Below, piece by piece: positions 25,853 to 34,379 of a stretch of 64,000 nt of DNA. Under the pieces are notes generated by a model. That model was given only the letters and a program-made list of their open reading frames with translations, had not been told where the DNA came from and did no database searches. The stretch lies in the NCBI GenBank assembly GCA_963602685.1, contig CAVCJG010000005.1, forward strand, positions 15,047 through 79,046. Reading direction: 5' to 3'. Origin of the DNA: Eggerthellaceae bacterium. Lineage in GTDB: Bacteria; Bacillota; Clostridia; Christensenellales; UBA1242. Each line of letters starts with the position of its first letter. Positions within the stretch are counted from its first letter, which is position 1. Position numbers and translations under genes: made by a program.

Positions 25853-28704
25853 ACTGTTTCTCCAATAAGTGTTTTGAATTGTGCAATGATGTCGCGATCT
25901 ATTTCGCTGTCCGCTTCAAGTTCGGCTATCTTTGCATCAAAGTATGTCTTTTGTTCGGTTGTGAGCGATGCGTCAACTTCAAGTGAGTTTGCAAGCGCAA
26001 GTATCTCTTTCGCGCTTTCTTGGTTGGCTTTTACTGCGCTCATGAGCGCGTCAACTGACGCCGTGTCTTTGTTGCCGTCGATTGCAACGTTTTTAAACGC
26101 TTCGGCAAATGCGTTGGCTTGTTTTGTCATGTTGATAAACTTAAACATGTCGTTAAAGTTGATTTCGTAGATGTTTGCCGCTTTGAATACGTCAAGGAAG
26201 GTGATGTTGAATTCGCTTTCCGCTTTTGCTATCATTGCGTTGAACATTGATTTTGTCACGCCCGCTGTTGCCTTGCCTTGCAGTTCGATGCGGTATGCGT
26301 TTTGTTTCATTTGTTCAAGAAGGTTGCCAAGCAAGATTTCGTCAATGTCTTCAAGGTTTGTCATTGTCGCGCTGGCGTTGTAAATCTTAACAAATGTTTT
26401 TATGATTGTTGTAAATTCTGATGCTTGGCTGTCTTCGCCCGTAAATGACGCTGGGTTAAGCAACATTGAAACTGCGCCGTCGCCGGTCACGTCTTTGATT
26501 GTGCTTACGACAATGCCAGCGAGTTGGTCGCGAAGCGGTTGCAAACTCTTTGCTGTCAGCACTGGTGGCATAACTTTGTCGAGCGTTGCGTCATCAAGTT
26601 TTTTAACAACTTCTTTCATGTCGCCGTCTTCGGTCAACAAATAGTCAAGCATGGTTTGTTTGGTCTCTTCGTCAAAATATTTGCTTTCGAGTTCGGTTAT
26701 CACAACTGTGAGTTGTGGAAGGTCGCTTGCCCAGTTTGCATATGATGCTGCCCAGTCGTTTTCAACTTCTAAAAGTGAGAAGTCAACCACGCCGGTTGTT
26801 TTGCTGCCGTCTATGATTGGTGTGAATATTTTGTCTTGAAGCGCTGTCACTTTGTAAAGTGGAAGCAGAACGTCGCTCATGAATGTTGAATATGCGGTGT
26901 CTGTTTTTTCACTTACAAGTCTTTGCGCAAACTTTTTGAGTATGCTGTTGAAGTTTACTTCGCCGTGCATGTCGTCGTAGATGTCAAGCGATATGAGTTT
27001 TTCAATCGATGGTGACATAAACTCAAACACGCCTTTGTAGGTTTCAATTGACTCGCCTTTCACGTCTTTTAAGTCGGCAAGTCCAAATTTGTTTAACACT
27101 CTTGGCATGAGTTTGTTGCCGTCGGTGTCGGACATGAACTCTAAGTTGTCGATGCAGTCAATCATGTTTCCAAATCTAGAAAGGATTTGTGGAACGTCGT
27201 TTTTAAGTTTTAATATCGTCATAAAGTCGCTTGTGATGTCGCCAAGGGCTACGTCTTGCTTTTCAATCATGCCGTTGATTTTGCCAACTTCGACGATTGT
27301 GTTTTTAACTTTTGTTTTCAAGCCGTCCCAGTCGGTTATGTTTGTATTGGCATCGGCAAGGATGTTGCCCAGTTCTTCATCCGAAACTTTTGTGAACACT
27401 GTTTTAAGTGCTGGTGAAAGCGCGTCACGAACTACGTTTAAGTCAAACAAGTTGTTGACCGCATTTGTAAGAACTTCGTCATAATTGTCGACCAAAACTG
27501 TTATCGAACTGAGCGTGCTTTTTTTGCCGACAACTTCTTGCAAATATCCCGATTTGCCCGCGCCGCTGATTGTGTAATAAATTTTGTCAATGTCAGGTTT
27601 GAAATATTCGGCGTATTTGTCGTTTGCCGAGATTGCTACGCTGACGTTTTTGAGTATGCCTTCATACTCTTTTAAGTCTGGAATAATCTTTACTAAGGTT
27701 TCGTAGTTTGTGATTGATTCGCCGATAATGTTTAAAACTACACTGTTGTAAAGTGAATTGCTTGTAACCGACTCATACGTCTTGTCAAGTTTTTCCCAGT
27801 CAATGCTGTCAAGGTCTTCGGCGTTGATGATTGCTGAAATATCTGTGTAAAGTGTGTAATAGTTGTTAAGTTCGCTTCTGAATTTGATTCGCTCGCCGTT
27901 GATTTCAACTTTGGCTACTTCGTCAAACATAAAGTCGTCCATGCCCGCCACGCCGTTAAGCACTCCAAGCGCGCTTTTGTTGACGCCGTGAACAATGTTT
28001 TTCACAACTGGTGGAAGCGATTCTAAAAAGCCTTTGTTTTCTTCGTCGCTGCTTGTGTCTCCGCTTTCGCCCGTGCCCGCGCCTGCGTCTGTGCTTGCGC
28101 CGTCGTCTTCGCCAACGATTTCAACAGCGGCTGAAACTTCGGTTGTATGCGCAGGGATTATTTGATCTGCAAATTTAACAGCACTTGTCAGTGGCATAAA
28201 CATAACTAAAACAAGTGCAAACATTTTAAATGTGCTTATAAGTCCGCCGACCCAACGATTGCGTTTGAGCCCGAGTTCTTTTTCTTTCTTTTTTGATTTG
28301 AAAACAAGCGAAATAAGTTTGTAAACAATATAAACAATAAGACGTATAACAAGGTTGAGCACCAAGAACACAACGGCCGCCATCAAAACGACTGGAAGTT
28401 TTTCAAGCAACTGCATCGTGCTTGGAGAGTTGTCGATTAAATTGGCAACGTCTTCATTTTCTGAAAGCATATTGACAATGAAAGTTTGAAGCGATGTTGT
28501 TTCGCCATTTGCTGTCACTTGAATTCCTAAAATTGCGTTTGTTACAACAGGCGTAATAAGTGCCACGATAATAATTCCCGCAATGGTGATTCCCAGTTCA
28601 AGCGATGAGCGTTTAACGCCGCGAATAAAGCCCTCCAAAAAGCCGAGCCCTAGCAACACAAAAAACACTACATCGATAATTGCAATAATTGCGCCTGCTG
28701 ACAT
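25849..28704 (-). CDS. Large membrane protein (951 aa) with an N-terminal CvpA-like multi-TM domain and a long helical C-terminal extension; sits in the mraZ position
   Basis: The N-terminus IIAIIDVVFFVLLGLGFLEGFIRGVKRSSLELGITIAGIIIVALI resembles the CvpA family. 4-5 TM helices in the first about 190 aa, an acidic G/S/T/D linker, then about 700 aa that appear helix-rich (inferred from composition). Confidence 0.75.
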   Translation of the reverse strand: MSAGAIIAIIDVVFFVLLGLGFLEGFIRGVKRSSLELGITIAGIIIVALITPVVTNAILGIQVTANGETTSLQTFIVNMLSENEDVANLIDNSPSTMQLLEKLPVVLMAAVVFLVLNLVIRLIVYIVYKLISLVFKSKKKEKELGLKRNRWVGGLISTFKMFALVLVMFMPLTSAVKFADQIIPAHTTEVSAAVEIVGEDDGASTDAGAGTGESGDTSSDEENKGFLESLPPVVKNIVHGVNKSALGVLNGVAGMDDFMFDEVAKVEINGERIKFRSELNNYYTLYTDISAIINAEDLDSIDWEKLDKTYESVTSNSLYNSVVLNIIGESITNYETLVKIIPDLKEYEGILKNVSVAISANDKYAEYFKPDIDKIYYTISGAGKSGYLQEVVGKKSTLSSITVLVDNYDEVLTNAVNNLFDLNVVRDALSPALKTVFTKVSDEELGNILADANTNITDWDGLKTKVKNTIVEVGKINGMIEKQDVALGDITSDFMTILKLKNDVPQILSRFGNMIDCIDNLEFMSDTDGNKLMPRVLNKFGLADLKDVKGESIETYKGVFEFMSPSIEKLISLDIYDDMHGEVNFNSILKKFAQRLVSEKTDTAYSTFMSDVLLPLYKVTALQDKIFTPIIDGSKTTGVVDFSLLEVENDWAASYANWASDLPQLTVVITELESKYFDEETKQTMLDYLLTEDGDMKEVVKKLDDATLDKVMPPVLTAKSLQPLRDQLAGIVVSTIKDVTGDGAVSMLLNPASFTGEDSQASEFTTIIKTFVKIYNASATMTNLEDIDEILLGNLLEQMKQNAYRIELQGKATAGVTKSMFNAMIAKAESEFNITFLDVFKAANIYEINFNDMFKFINMTKQANAFAEAFKNVAIDGNKDTASVDALMSAVKANQESAKEILALANSLEVDASLTTEQKTYFDAKIAELEADSEIDRDIIAQFKTLIGETV

Positions 28705-28829
28705 GATTCCCTCCGATATTTTTATTTAACTTTATTTTAATACAAATTTAATTTTTTACAAAGTAAAAGTCTTATTTATTATTTTTAAAACACGCTTCTC
28801 CGCTGCAAAAAATGTAAAAACCTAAACTA

Positions 28830-29357
28830 TTATATCGTTTTGTTAAGTTTTGCACTTTGCAAAAGTTTTTCCATGTCACGATCGCTTTTCAAAATGATAA
28901 ATTTTTTATCTGGATATTTTTTCATAAGCGGTTTAAATTGTTTGCCATAATCCTTTTTAAAATTCAAAACGTGACGGACAAACTCGATGTCAAGTTTTTC
29001 GTCGCAACCCTCCGCCCTGTCAACGCGGTCTTTATTTTGATTTTCGTCATATCTTTTAAAAATGCGTTTTAAACAAGTGAGCGTTGAATAGTTAAGCCAA
29101 ATCACGGCGTCGGCTTGCTGAGTTCGCATTTCAAGCGTCGACGAATAGTTGCCGTCCAAAATCCATTTGTCATTTGACATGATGTGATTAAGCGTTGCGC
29201 GCCACTCTTCTTTTGAAGGTTTTTGCCAGTTTGGCTTGTGATAGATTTTGTCCAAATGATAAATTGGCAAATCCAGCACTTCCCCAAGTTTAAGCGCCAG
29301 CGTAGTTTTGCCCGATCCGGGACACCCCACTATGATGATTTTTTTAATTTTTTCCAT
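28830..29357 (-). CDS. P-loop kinase-fold protein (adenylate-kinase-like / FlaR topology-modulation family)
   Basis: KIIIVGCPGSGKTTLALKLGEVLDLPIYHLDKIYHKPNW...WILDGNY. Confidence 0.65.
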   Translation of the reverse strand: MEKIKKIIIVGCPGSGKTTLALKLGEVLDLPIYHLDKIYHKPNWQKPSKEEWRATLNHIMSNDKWILDGNYSSTLEMRTQQADAVIWLNYSTLTCLKRIFKRYDENQNKDRVDRAEGCDEKLDIEFVRHVLNFKKDYGKQFKPLMKKYPDKKFIILKSDRDMEKLLQSAKLNKTI

Positions 29358-29434
29358 TTTTTAGCCTCCTTTTAGAAAAAATTTTTTATGTAAACTAAAA
29401 AATCACACCTACCTATTCGTAGATGTGATTTCGC

Positions 29435-29887
29435 TTACTCCTGTTTTTGTCCACACTCTTTGCAGAATGCTGAATCTCTGTCAATCTCTGCTCCGCAGTG
29501 GCTGCAATACTTAGTATCTTTTAAACCTTCCTTAACCGCTCTGGCTGTTGTTGTAACTGCATCGCTTGAAATGTTTGCTGATGTTGAAGCAATGTCTTTC
29601 AAGTCTCCTGCATTTTGCTGTTGCATATATTTTGCACTTTTAACCGCAATCTTTTTAAACTGTGGAATGAACCCTACAAACAACAACACTACTGAGCACA
29701 TGCTTAGCGTGCTGCCAATCATCAGTGCGATAATGTTTGGCTGGAATGTATCCATGAAAGGTTCACTGAAAGCTGTGCAAGCAAGCACAATCAATGTGAT
29801 GCCGCCAACCAGTGCCAGAAAACCTAAAATTTTACAAATTAAAAAGTGAACTGGTGCTTTTACGTCGTTCTTTACTTCGTTTTCCAT
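29435..29887 (-). CDS. Two-TM membrane protein with a C-terminal zinc-ribbon
   Basis: Two hydrophobic helices, then YCSHCGAEIDRDSAFCKECGQ (CxxC-10-CxxC). Confidence 0.65.
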   Translation of the reverse strand: MENEVKNDVKAPVHFLICKILGFLALVGGITLIVLACTAFSEPFMDTFQPNIIALMIGSTLSMCSVVLLFVGFIPQFKKIAVKSAKYMQQQNAGDLKDIASTSANISSDAVTTTARAVKEGLKDTKYCSHCGAEIDRDSAFCKECGQKQE

Positions 29888-29948
29888 CTTCTCCTCCGAT
29901 GTAGATGTAATCTTAACATATTAAAATAAAAATGTCAAAAGTTTTTGT

Positions 29949-30221
29949 TTATCTGCTAAGGTCGTCACCATTGTCACGGCTGTCTTTGCGTGAAGCGCGA
30001 GTGTATTTTGTTCTTTCGATATATTCGCCGTCAACCTTTACAAGTTTTCCACGTCCAACATGCCAATCAAGAACATATTTAACCATTGCTTCGTCCACCA
30101 TAATTCCATAAGTTATCCAAATGCTTAAAATGATATCTCTTGGATTAATAAATTTTCCTTTAAACTTTCCAAATATTTGTTCTTCAATCAATTTAACCAT
30201 TTGAGTTTCTGTGGTATACAT
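29949..30221 (-). CDS. Small winged-helix-like protein, paralog 1 of 4 (90 aa)
   Basis: Shares with its three neighbours the pattern hydrophobic helix - V.xxL.xxxxxGK/hydrophobic - G.Y(I/A) wing - acidic tail. Tail is DNGDDLSR. Confidence 0.6.
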   Translation of the reverse strand: MYTTETQMVKLIEEQIFGKFKGKFINPRDIILSIWITYGIMVDEAMVKYVLDWHVGRGKLVKVDGEYIERTKYTRASRKDSRDNGDDLSR

Positions 30222-30236
30222 AATTTTTTCTCCTTT

Positions 30237-30494
30237 TTATTTTATCCCAAAAATTTCACACAAATCATCGTCTGTGGTTTTGGCGTATTGTCCGCGTTCA
30301 TATTTTAACAGATTTTGGTCGCAGAGTTCTGACAAAACGTGCATGATCGAAAGACGATCAACAAGTTTTTTGCTTTGAATTTCTACTTCGCTTTTGAAAG
30401 TGTAAAAATCCATAGGCGTATAAAGTTTGTTTGCCGCTTTGATTACCGCCCTTCTTTCTGCTTCCATTCTTTCTATTGCTGCTTTGTTTGCCAT
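30237..30494 (-). CDS. Small winged-helix-like protein, paralog 2 of 4 (85 aa)
   Basis: LSIMHVLSELCDQNLLKYERGQYAKTTDDDLCEIFGIK. 15-nt gap to paralog 1. Confidence 0.6.
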   Translation of the reverse strand: MANKAAIERMEAERRAVIKAANKLYTPMDFYTFKSEVEIQSKKLVDRLSIMHVLSELCDQNLLKYERGQYAKTTDDDLCEIFGIK

Positions 30495-30506
30495 ATCTTT
30501 ATCCTT

Positions 30507-30746
30507 TTATCTTGCGTAGTCATCACTAACTGGAATATATCCGTCTGGTGATTTAGTTATTTCTTTCTTATCACACAATTCTTTAAGCGCTGCTTGAACT
30601 CGATGAATTTCAATTTTTCTGTTGACTTCTTCAGATGCCATTAAAGCAATCGTCTCAATCGTTGCCGGTCTATAAAGGTTTAACACAACTTTTTTAACCG
30701 CTTGAATTTCTTCGTGATATCTTTCTTGTCCACTTTTATAAAGCAT
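30507..30746 (-). CDS. Small winged-helix-like protein, paralog 3 of 4 (79 aa)
   Basis: IEIHRVQAALKELCDKKEITKSPDGYIPVSDDYAR. 12-nt gap to paralog 2. Confidence 0.6.
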   Translation of the reverse strand: MLYKSGQERYHEEIQAVKKVVLNLYRPATIETIALMASEEVNRKIEIHRVQAALKELCDKKEITKSPDGYIPVSDDYAR

Positions 30747-30754
30747 GATGTTTC

Positions 30755-31018
30755 CTATCTTGACAATTCGTCATCGTCGTAAGTAGTGCCAACTGCGATG
30801 TATCTTCCGCAATTCGAGGCAACCTTTCCTTCCGAGCGCATTTGTTGCAAAAGTGAATGAACTGAATAAGAATCTAAGCGATAGCCATAATCTTCTTCAA
30901 GTTGTGTGATGATGTCTAAAAGTCCCGCTCCGATGCCAAGTTTTTTAATTGTATGAAAGATTTCTTTTTTAATGTGTTTGGTATTTTGGCTTGCAGTATT
31001 TGCTTTTTTGTCTAACAT
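30755..31018 (-). CDS. Small winged-helix-like protein, paralog 4 of 4 (87 aa)
   Basis: SYSVHSLLQQMRSEGKVASNCGRYIAVGTTYDDDELSR. 8-nt gap to paralog 3. Confidence 0.6.
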   Translation of the reverse strand: MLDKKANTASQNTKHIKKEIFHTIKKLGIGAGLLDIITQLEEDYGYRLDSYSVHSLLQQMRSEGKVASNCGRYIAVGTTYDDDELSR

Positions 31019-31095
31019 TTTTGTCTCCTAATGTTGAAACATTATATCATGGCAAAAACTAAATTTCAAGACCCTTCAAAAAATAAACCCGAAAA

Positions 31096-31602
31096 CTAGT
31101 GGTCTAGTTTTTTCATTTTTTCGTTTATTTGTTTGTTAAATGACGAAAATTCTTCATAAAGGTCGGGCATGTTGAATTTGTCGGCGTAAATTTTTGATTG
31201 TTTGATTGCGTCGTATTTATCGATTTCTCTAACAAATTGCGCTTCTTTTGAATCACCACTGACAAACTCTTTCCAAAGAGATTCAATCTCTGGCATATCA
31301 TATTTGGTTGCCAAGCGGTGCATGGTTTCTTCCTGCTTTTTAAGGCGGTCTTCAAACGAAATGTGATCGTGTGGCGTAGCGTCGCCCACGTCGATTTCGT
31401 CAAGTTCGTGATATGTAATCATCTTAACGACTTTAAGTTCGTCAAGTCCCAAATCGTTTTTGTGCATAATTTCAAGCGCAAGCACAACCATCGAAAATGT
31501 GTGTTCGGCGTCGCTTTCAATTCTGCCGGGAACATGACGGTCAAGCCAGCCCTTTCGTTGAGTGGTTTTTAATTTGTAGATTTCTTCATAAAGTGAATTC
31601 AT
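31096..31602 (-). CDS. HD-domain phosphohydrolase (YfbR-like 5'-deoxynucleotidase family)
   Basis: QRKGWLDRHVPGRIESDAEHTFSMVVLAL...ITYHELDEIDVGDATP...REIDKYDAI. The usual HD dyad reads HE here. Confidence 0.7.
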   Translation of the reverse strand: MNSLYEEIYKLKTTQRKGWLDRHVPGRIESDAEHTFSMVVLALEIMHKNDLGLDELKVVKMITYHELDEIDVGDATPHDHISFEDRLKKQEETMHRLATKYDMPEIESLWKEFVSGDSKEAQFVREIDKYDAIKQSKIYADKFNMPDLYEEFSSFNKQINEKMKKLDH

Positions 31603-31681
31603 ATTTTTCTCCTTAAAAACATTTTAACATCTCTGACATAATTTTCAAACAAATTTAAAATAAACATATAAAATAAAATGT

Positions 31682-31710
31682 TTGACATTTGTCTTGGGCT
31701 GTGTTAGAAT
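31682..31710 (+). promoter_or_regulatory. Promoter for tRNA-Ser (TTGACA-17-TAGAAT with extended -10 TG)
   Basis: TTGACA 31682-31687, TGT-TAGAAT 31702-31710. Confidence 0.65.
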
Positions 31711-31723
31711 AACCTACGTCGAT

Positions 31724-31814
31724 GCAGAAGTACTCAAGTGGTCGAAGAGGCTTCCCTGCTAAGGAAGTAGGACGGGTAACTGTCGCGAGGGTCCGAATCC
31801 CTCCTTCTGCGCCA
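31724..31814 (+). tRNA. tRNA-Ser (anticodon GCU), class II with long variable arm, CCA encoded
   Basis: Acceptor GCAGAAG / CTTCTGC. Anticodon stem CTTCC / GGAAG with loop CTGCTAA. Variable arm GACGG-GTAA-CTGTC. T-arm GAGGG-TCCGAAT-CCCTC. Discriminator G plus CCA. Confidence 0.9.
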
Positions 31815-31817
31815 ATT

Positions 31818-31846
31818 AAATCCGAGTTCGCTCGGATTTTTTTGTT
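31818..31846 (+). terminator. Terminator after tRNA-Ser
   Basis: ATCCGAG-TTCG-CTCGGAT hairpin followed by T7. Confidence 0.75.
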
Positions 31847-31913
31847 TTCTTTAAACTATTGAAAGGCACAGGCAAGTGTGATATAATAGAATTGTTAAAC
31901 AAAGGAGAAAACA

Positions 31914-32570
31914 ATGAAACAAATCACCTGCCCAGTTTTCAGAGATCCAGCAAACAACGGAATCACTCCCGTTTGGAACAAAAATTGCAAAGTTTTGCTT
32001 TTGGGCTCAGTAACCGCCGCAGATGGAATGCGCAAAGGTTTTTATTATGGCAGCAAATACAATCAGTTGTGGGAACTTTTAGACAAGTCATTAAACACAA
32101 CTTGTTTTAGCAAACTTAAAGAACAACTCAACTCAAACTATATCGCATATTCTGAAAAACAAAAAGACGAGCGAACATTTTTAGAAGACCGTGCCATCAT
32201 CTCAAATCAATTTAAAAAAGAACTTTTGTCGCGCGGCATAGCAATGTGCGACGTGTTTAAATCGTGTTATGCAAATTGCGGAAGTTCGCTTGATCAAGAC
32301 ATTATTTTAAACAACCCAGCATATCCTGTCACAACCTATCGCGACGAACTTGAATATTTTTTAAACAATTCAAACATTACAACAGTGATTGCAAACAGCC
32401 AGTTTGTAGTAAAGCAATTTGAAAAAATGAATATTCAAGGAAACTTTGAAGTCGTTTATGTTCCAAGCCCATCACCTCGCAAAGGCGCAATCGACACAAA
32501 AATCGACGCTTGGAAAGACGCCTTGGCCGACGCTTTAAACGAACCATTTAAAGAGCCTTTGGTTTTATAA
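31914..32570 (+). CDS. Uracil-DNA glycosylase superfamily protein (family-6 / deoxyinosine-glycosylase-like)
   Basis: KVLLLGSVTAADGMRKGFYYGSKYNQLWELL matches the LLLGSxP...YY...N.FW pattern. C-terminal VPSPSPRKG matches the PSxSP motif. Assignment made by motif memory only. Confidence 0.5.
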   Translation: MKQITCPVFRDPANNGITPVWNKNCKVLLLGSVTAADGMRKGFYYGSKYNQLWELLDKSLNTTCFSKLKEQLNSNYIAYSEKQKDERTFLEDRAIISNQFKKELLSRGIAMCDVFKSCYANCGSSLDQDIILNNPAYPVTTYRDELEYFLNNSNITTVIANSQFVVKQFEKMNIQGNFEVVYVPSPSPRKGAIDTKIDAWKDALADALNEPFKEPLVL

Positions 32571-32653
32571 GTCCCTTGCGTTAAAACATAAAGCCAATTT
32601 AAGCATTTAATCTGCACAACAAACTTTTCATCAAATGTAAAATATTTCAGCAA

Positions 32654-32688
32654 TAAAAAAGCACCTCCGCCGAGGTGCTTTATTTTAT
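32654..32688. terminator. Bidirectional terminator between convergent genes
   Basis: AGCACCTC / GAGGTGCT 8-bp stem flanked by an A-run and a T-run. Confidence 0.65.
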
Positions 32689-32694
32689 TAAACA

Positions 32695-33276
32695 TTATAT
32701 TTGGAATTTTAATGTTTTTTCATTATATCTTTTCAGTGAGCCCAAATATTCAAAATTCGTAACATCTCTATCAAATTCATAGTTACTCATTTCATATCCC
32801 AAAGTTTTAGAAATTTCCATTTTAAATAAATCGCGGCAAACTGCTTTGTCAAGATCTGAAAGAAGTCCATATGAAACTTGCAATGACTTTCTTGTAATTT
32901 CAATCGCTCCATTGCTTCCATCGTTTGGCAATGCAGAAATTGCTTCGTCAATCGCGTCAACATTTTTGTTGTTGATTGCATCCACAATATTTGCTATATC
33001 ATACAACATCAAAGCATATGATTCTTCCATGTGCGCAAAGCCAGGTTTAATGTCTCCAATCAACGCTTTCATATCTGTGTTTGTATAGCAGAATCTAATA
33101 ATTTCTTCAGCAAGTTCTGCTCTTTCAGGATTGCCATCCTTATCAAGTTGAACCTTAAATACATTTTTAATTTCATCAAGATCATTTGCGATAGATGATA
33201 ATGAACCATGCAAATCTTTCATGCTTTGTTCTGCATCTGAACTAAATTGTCTTGGTTTATAATCAAATTTTCTCAT
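32695..33276 (-). CDS. Hypothetical protein (193 aa; composition suggests a helical fold)
   Basis: ORF with GGGGAGAG RBS. No recognisable motif. Confidence 0.55.
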   Translation of the reverse strand: MRKFDYKPRQFSSDAEQSMKDLHGSLSSIANDLDEIKNVFKVQLDKDGNPERAELAEEIIRFCYTNTDMKALIGDIKPGFAHMEESYALMLYDIANIVDAINNKNVDAIDEAISALPNDGSNGAIEITRKSLQVSYGLLSDLDKAVCRDLFKMEISKTLGYEMSNYEFDRDVTNFEYLGSLKRYNEKTLKFQI

Positions 33277-33367
33277 TTGTCTCTCCCCTTTTACTCTTTA
33301 ATTTTATCACTTTTAGTTTTGATTGTCAATATCAAAAAAACACCTTCGCAGGTGTTTTTGTTTTGAC

Positions 33368-33853
33368 TTAAGTTCTTGCTTTTGTCGCCTTGTCACGCAC
33401 GTTGTCCATGGCGATTATTAAAGCAACGATGAAAGCAGGGTCTTCATTGTCGTTTACTTCAACTTCAAAACTATCAGAAAGCGCCAATGCTTTTGAATTT
33501 ACAGATCCTATTTTTTCGCCGTTCTTGTAGATTGTGCAGCCAGTCAAAAGCCAGCCGTCAATCGAGATTTCGTCGCCATAACCTTTCACGTCAAAGCCCG
33601 TTTTGAATGCTCTGTTTGAAAGTTTGGCAAGTTTTTGTTTTTCGGCACTGTAAATAAAACTTGCGTGTGTCCAGAAATTGAAAAATCTGTTTTTAACAAC
33701 ATAGTGAAGTTTGCCTTCCATGTCCAAAATTTTCTTCTTTCTTGTCAGGCTTAAAAACTTTCCTTTTACTTTAAAAATATCGTTGCCGTTTGCGTCTTTG
33801 ACGGTTGAACTTCCGCCAAGTGAAACTAATTTGTTTTTTACATAAATTTTCAT
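33368..33853 (-). CDS. LURP-one-related / YxjI-like (tubby C-terminal-like fold) protein
   Basis: MKIYVKNKLVSLGGSSTVKDANGNDIFKVKGKFLSLTRKKKILDMEGKLHYVVKNRFF... and C-terminal FIVALIIAMDNV are typical of this family. Confidence 0.6.
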   Translation of the reverse strand: MKIYVKNKLVSLGGSSTVKDANGNDIFKVKGKFLSLTRKKKILDMEGKLHYVVKNRFFNFWTHASFIYSAEKQKLAKLSNRAFKTGFDVKGYGDEISIDGWLLTGCTIYKNGEKIGSVNSKALALSDSFEVEVNDNEDPAFIVALIIAMDNVRDKATKART

Positions 33854-33866
33854 AATTTTCCCCTTT

Positions 33867-34379
33867 CTATTTTATGATTACTAAGCATAACACAACTGCG
33901 ATTATTGCTATCAATGCGATCGCACCGATTATGCGAGAAATCTTTAATTTCTTTTTGCGCTTTTGCGCTTCTTCGGCAAACTGATATTCGTTTGCTTGCT
34001 CTTCAACATTTGCTGCACCGATAATTTCGATTGCGCGTTGTTTGTCTTTTATTTGATTAAACTTTATTATAATGTCGGTAACTTCTTCGTTTAAAGAAAT
34101 CGTGGCTTTATAGTTAATCAAATAATTAAACTTTTCAAGTCTTGTATTGAATATCCCAAACAGCGAAAAGATGAAGAAAAACATTTGCACAAACCACCAG
34201 CCGGGTCCCATAATTTCGAGTGTGTTTTCAACGGTGATTTCAACTTGGTCTTTATCTGTTTGAAGCGTCGTTTGCAAAGATTCATGTTTGTTTTGTTTAC
34301 ATTCGACTATTTTGCCATCAATTCGAATGACTGGTTTAAGTTCGATTCCGCCTTGGGCTTTAATGTTTATTGTTTTCAT
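33867..34379 (-). CDS. Membrane protein (170 aa), unknown function
   Basis: Central hydrophobic segment and a C-terminal TM. 4-nt ATGA-type overlap with the upstream gene and a 13-nt gap to the YxjI-like gene. Confidence 0.6.
   Translation of the reverse strand: MKTINIKAQGGIELKPVIRIDGKIVECKQNKHESLQTTLQTDKDQVEITVENTLEIMGPGWWFVQMFFFIFSLFGIFNTRLEKFNYLINYKATISLNEEVTDIIIKFNQIKDKQRAIEIIGAANVEEQANEYQFAEEAQKRKKKLKISRIIGAIALIAIIAVVLCLVIIK

Noticed and set aside
31859-32110. 83-aa ORF overlapping the UDG-like gene start
   Set aside because: It is out of frame with the 218-aa ORF, which has a proper AAAGGAG RBS and recognisable family motifs.
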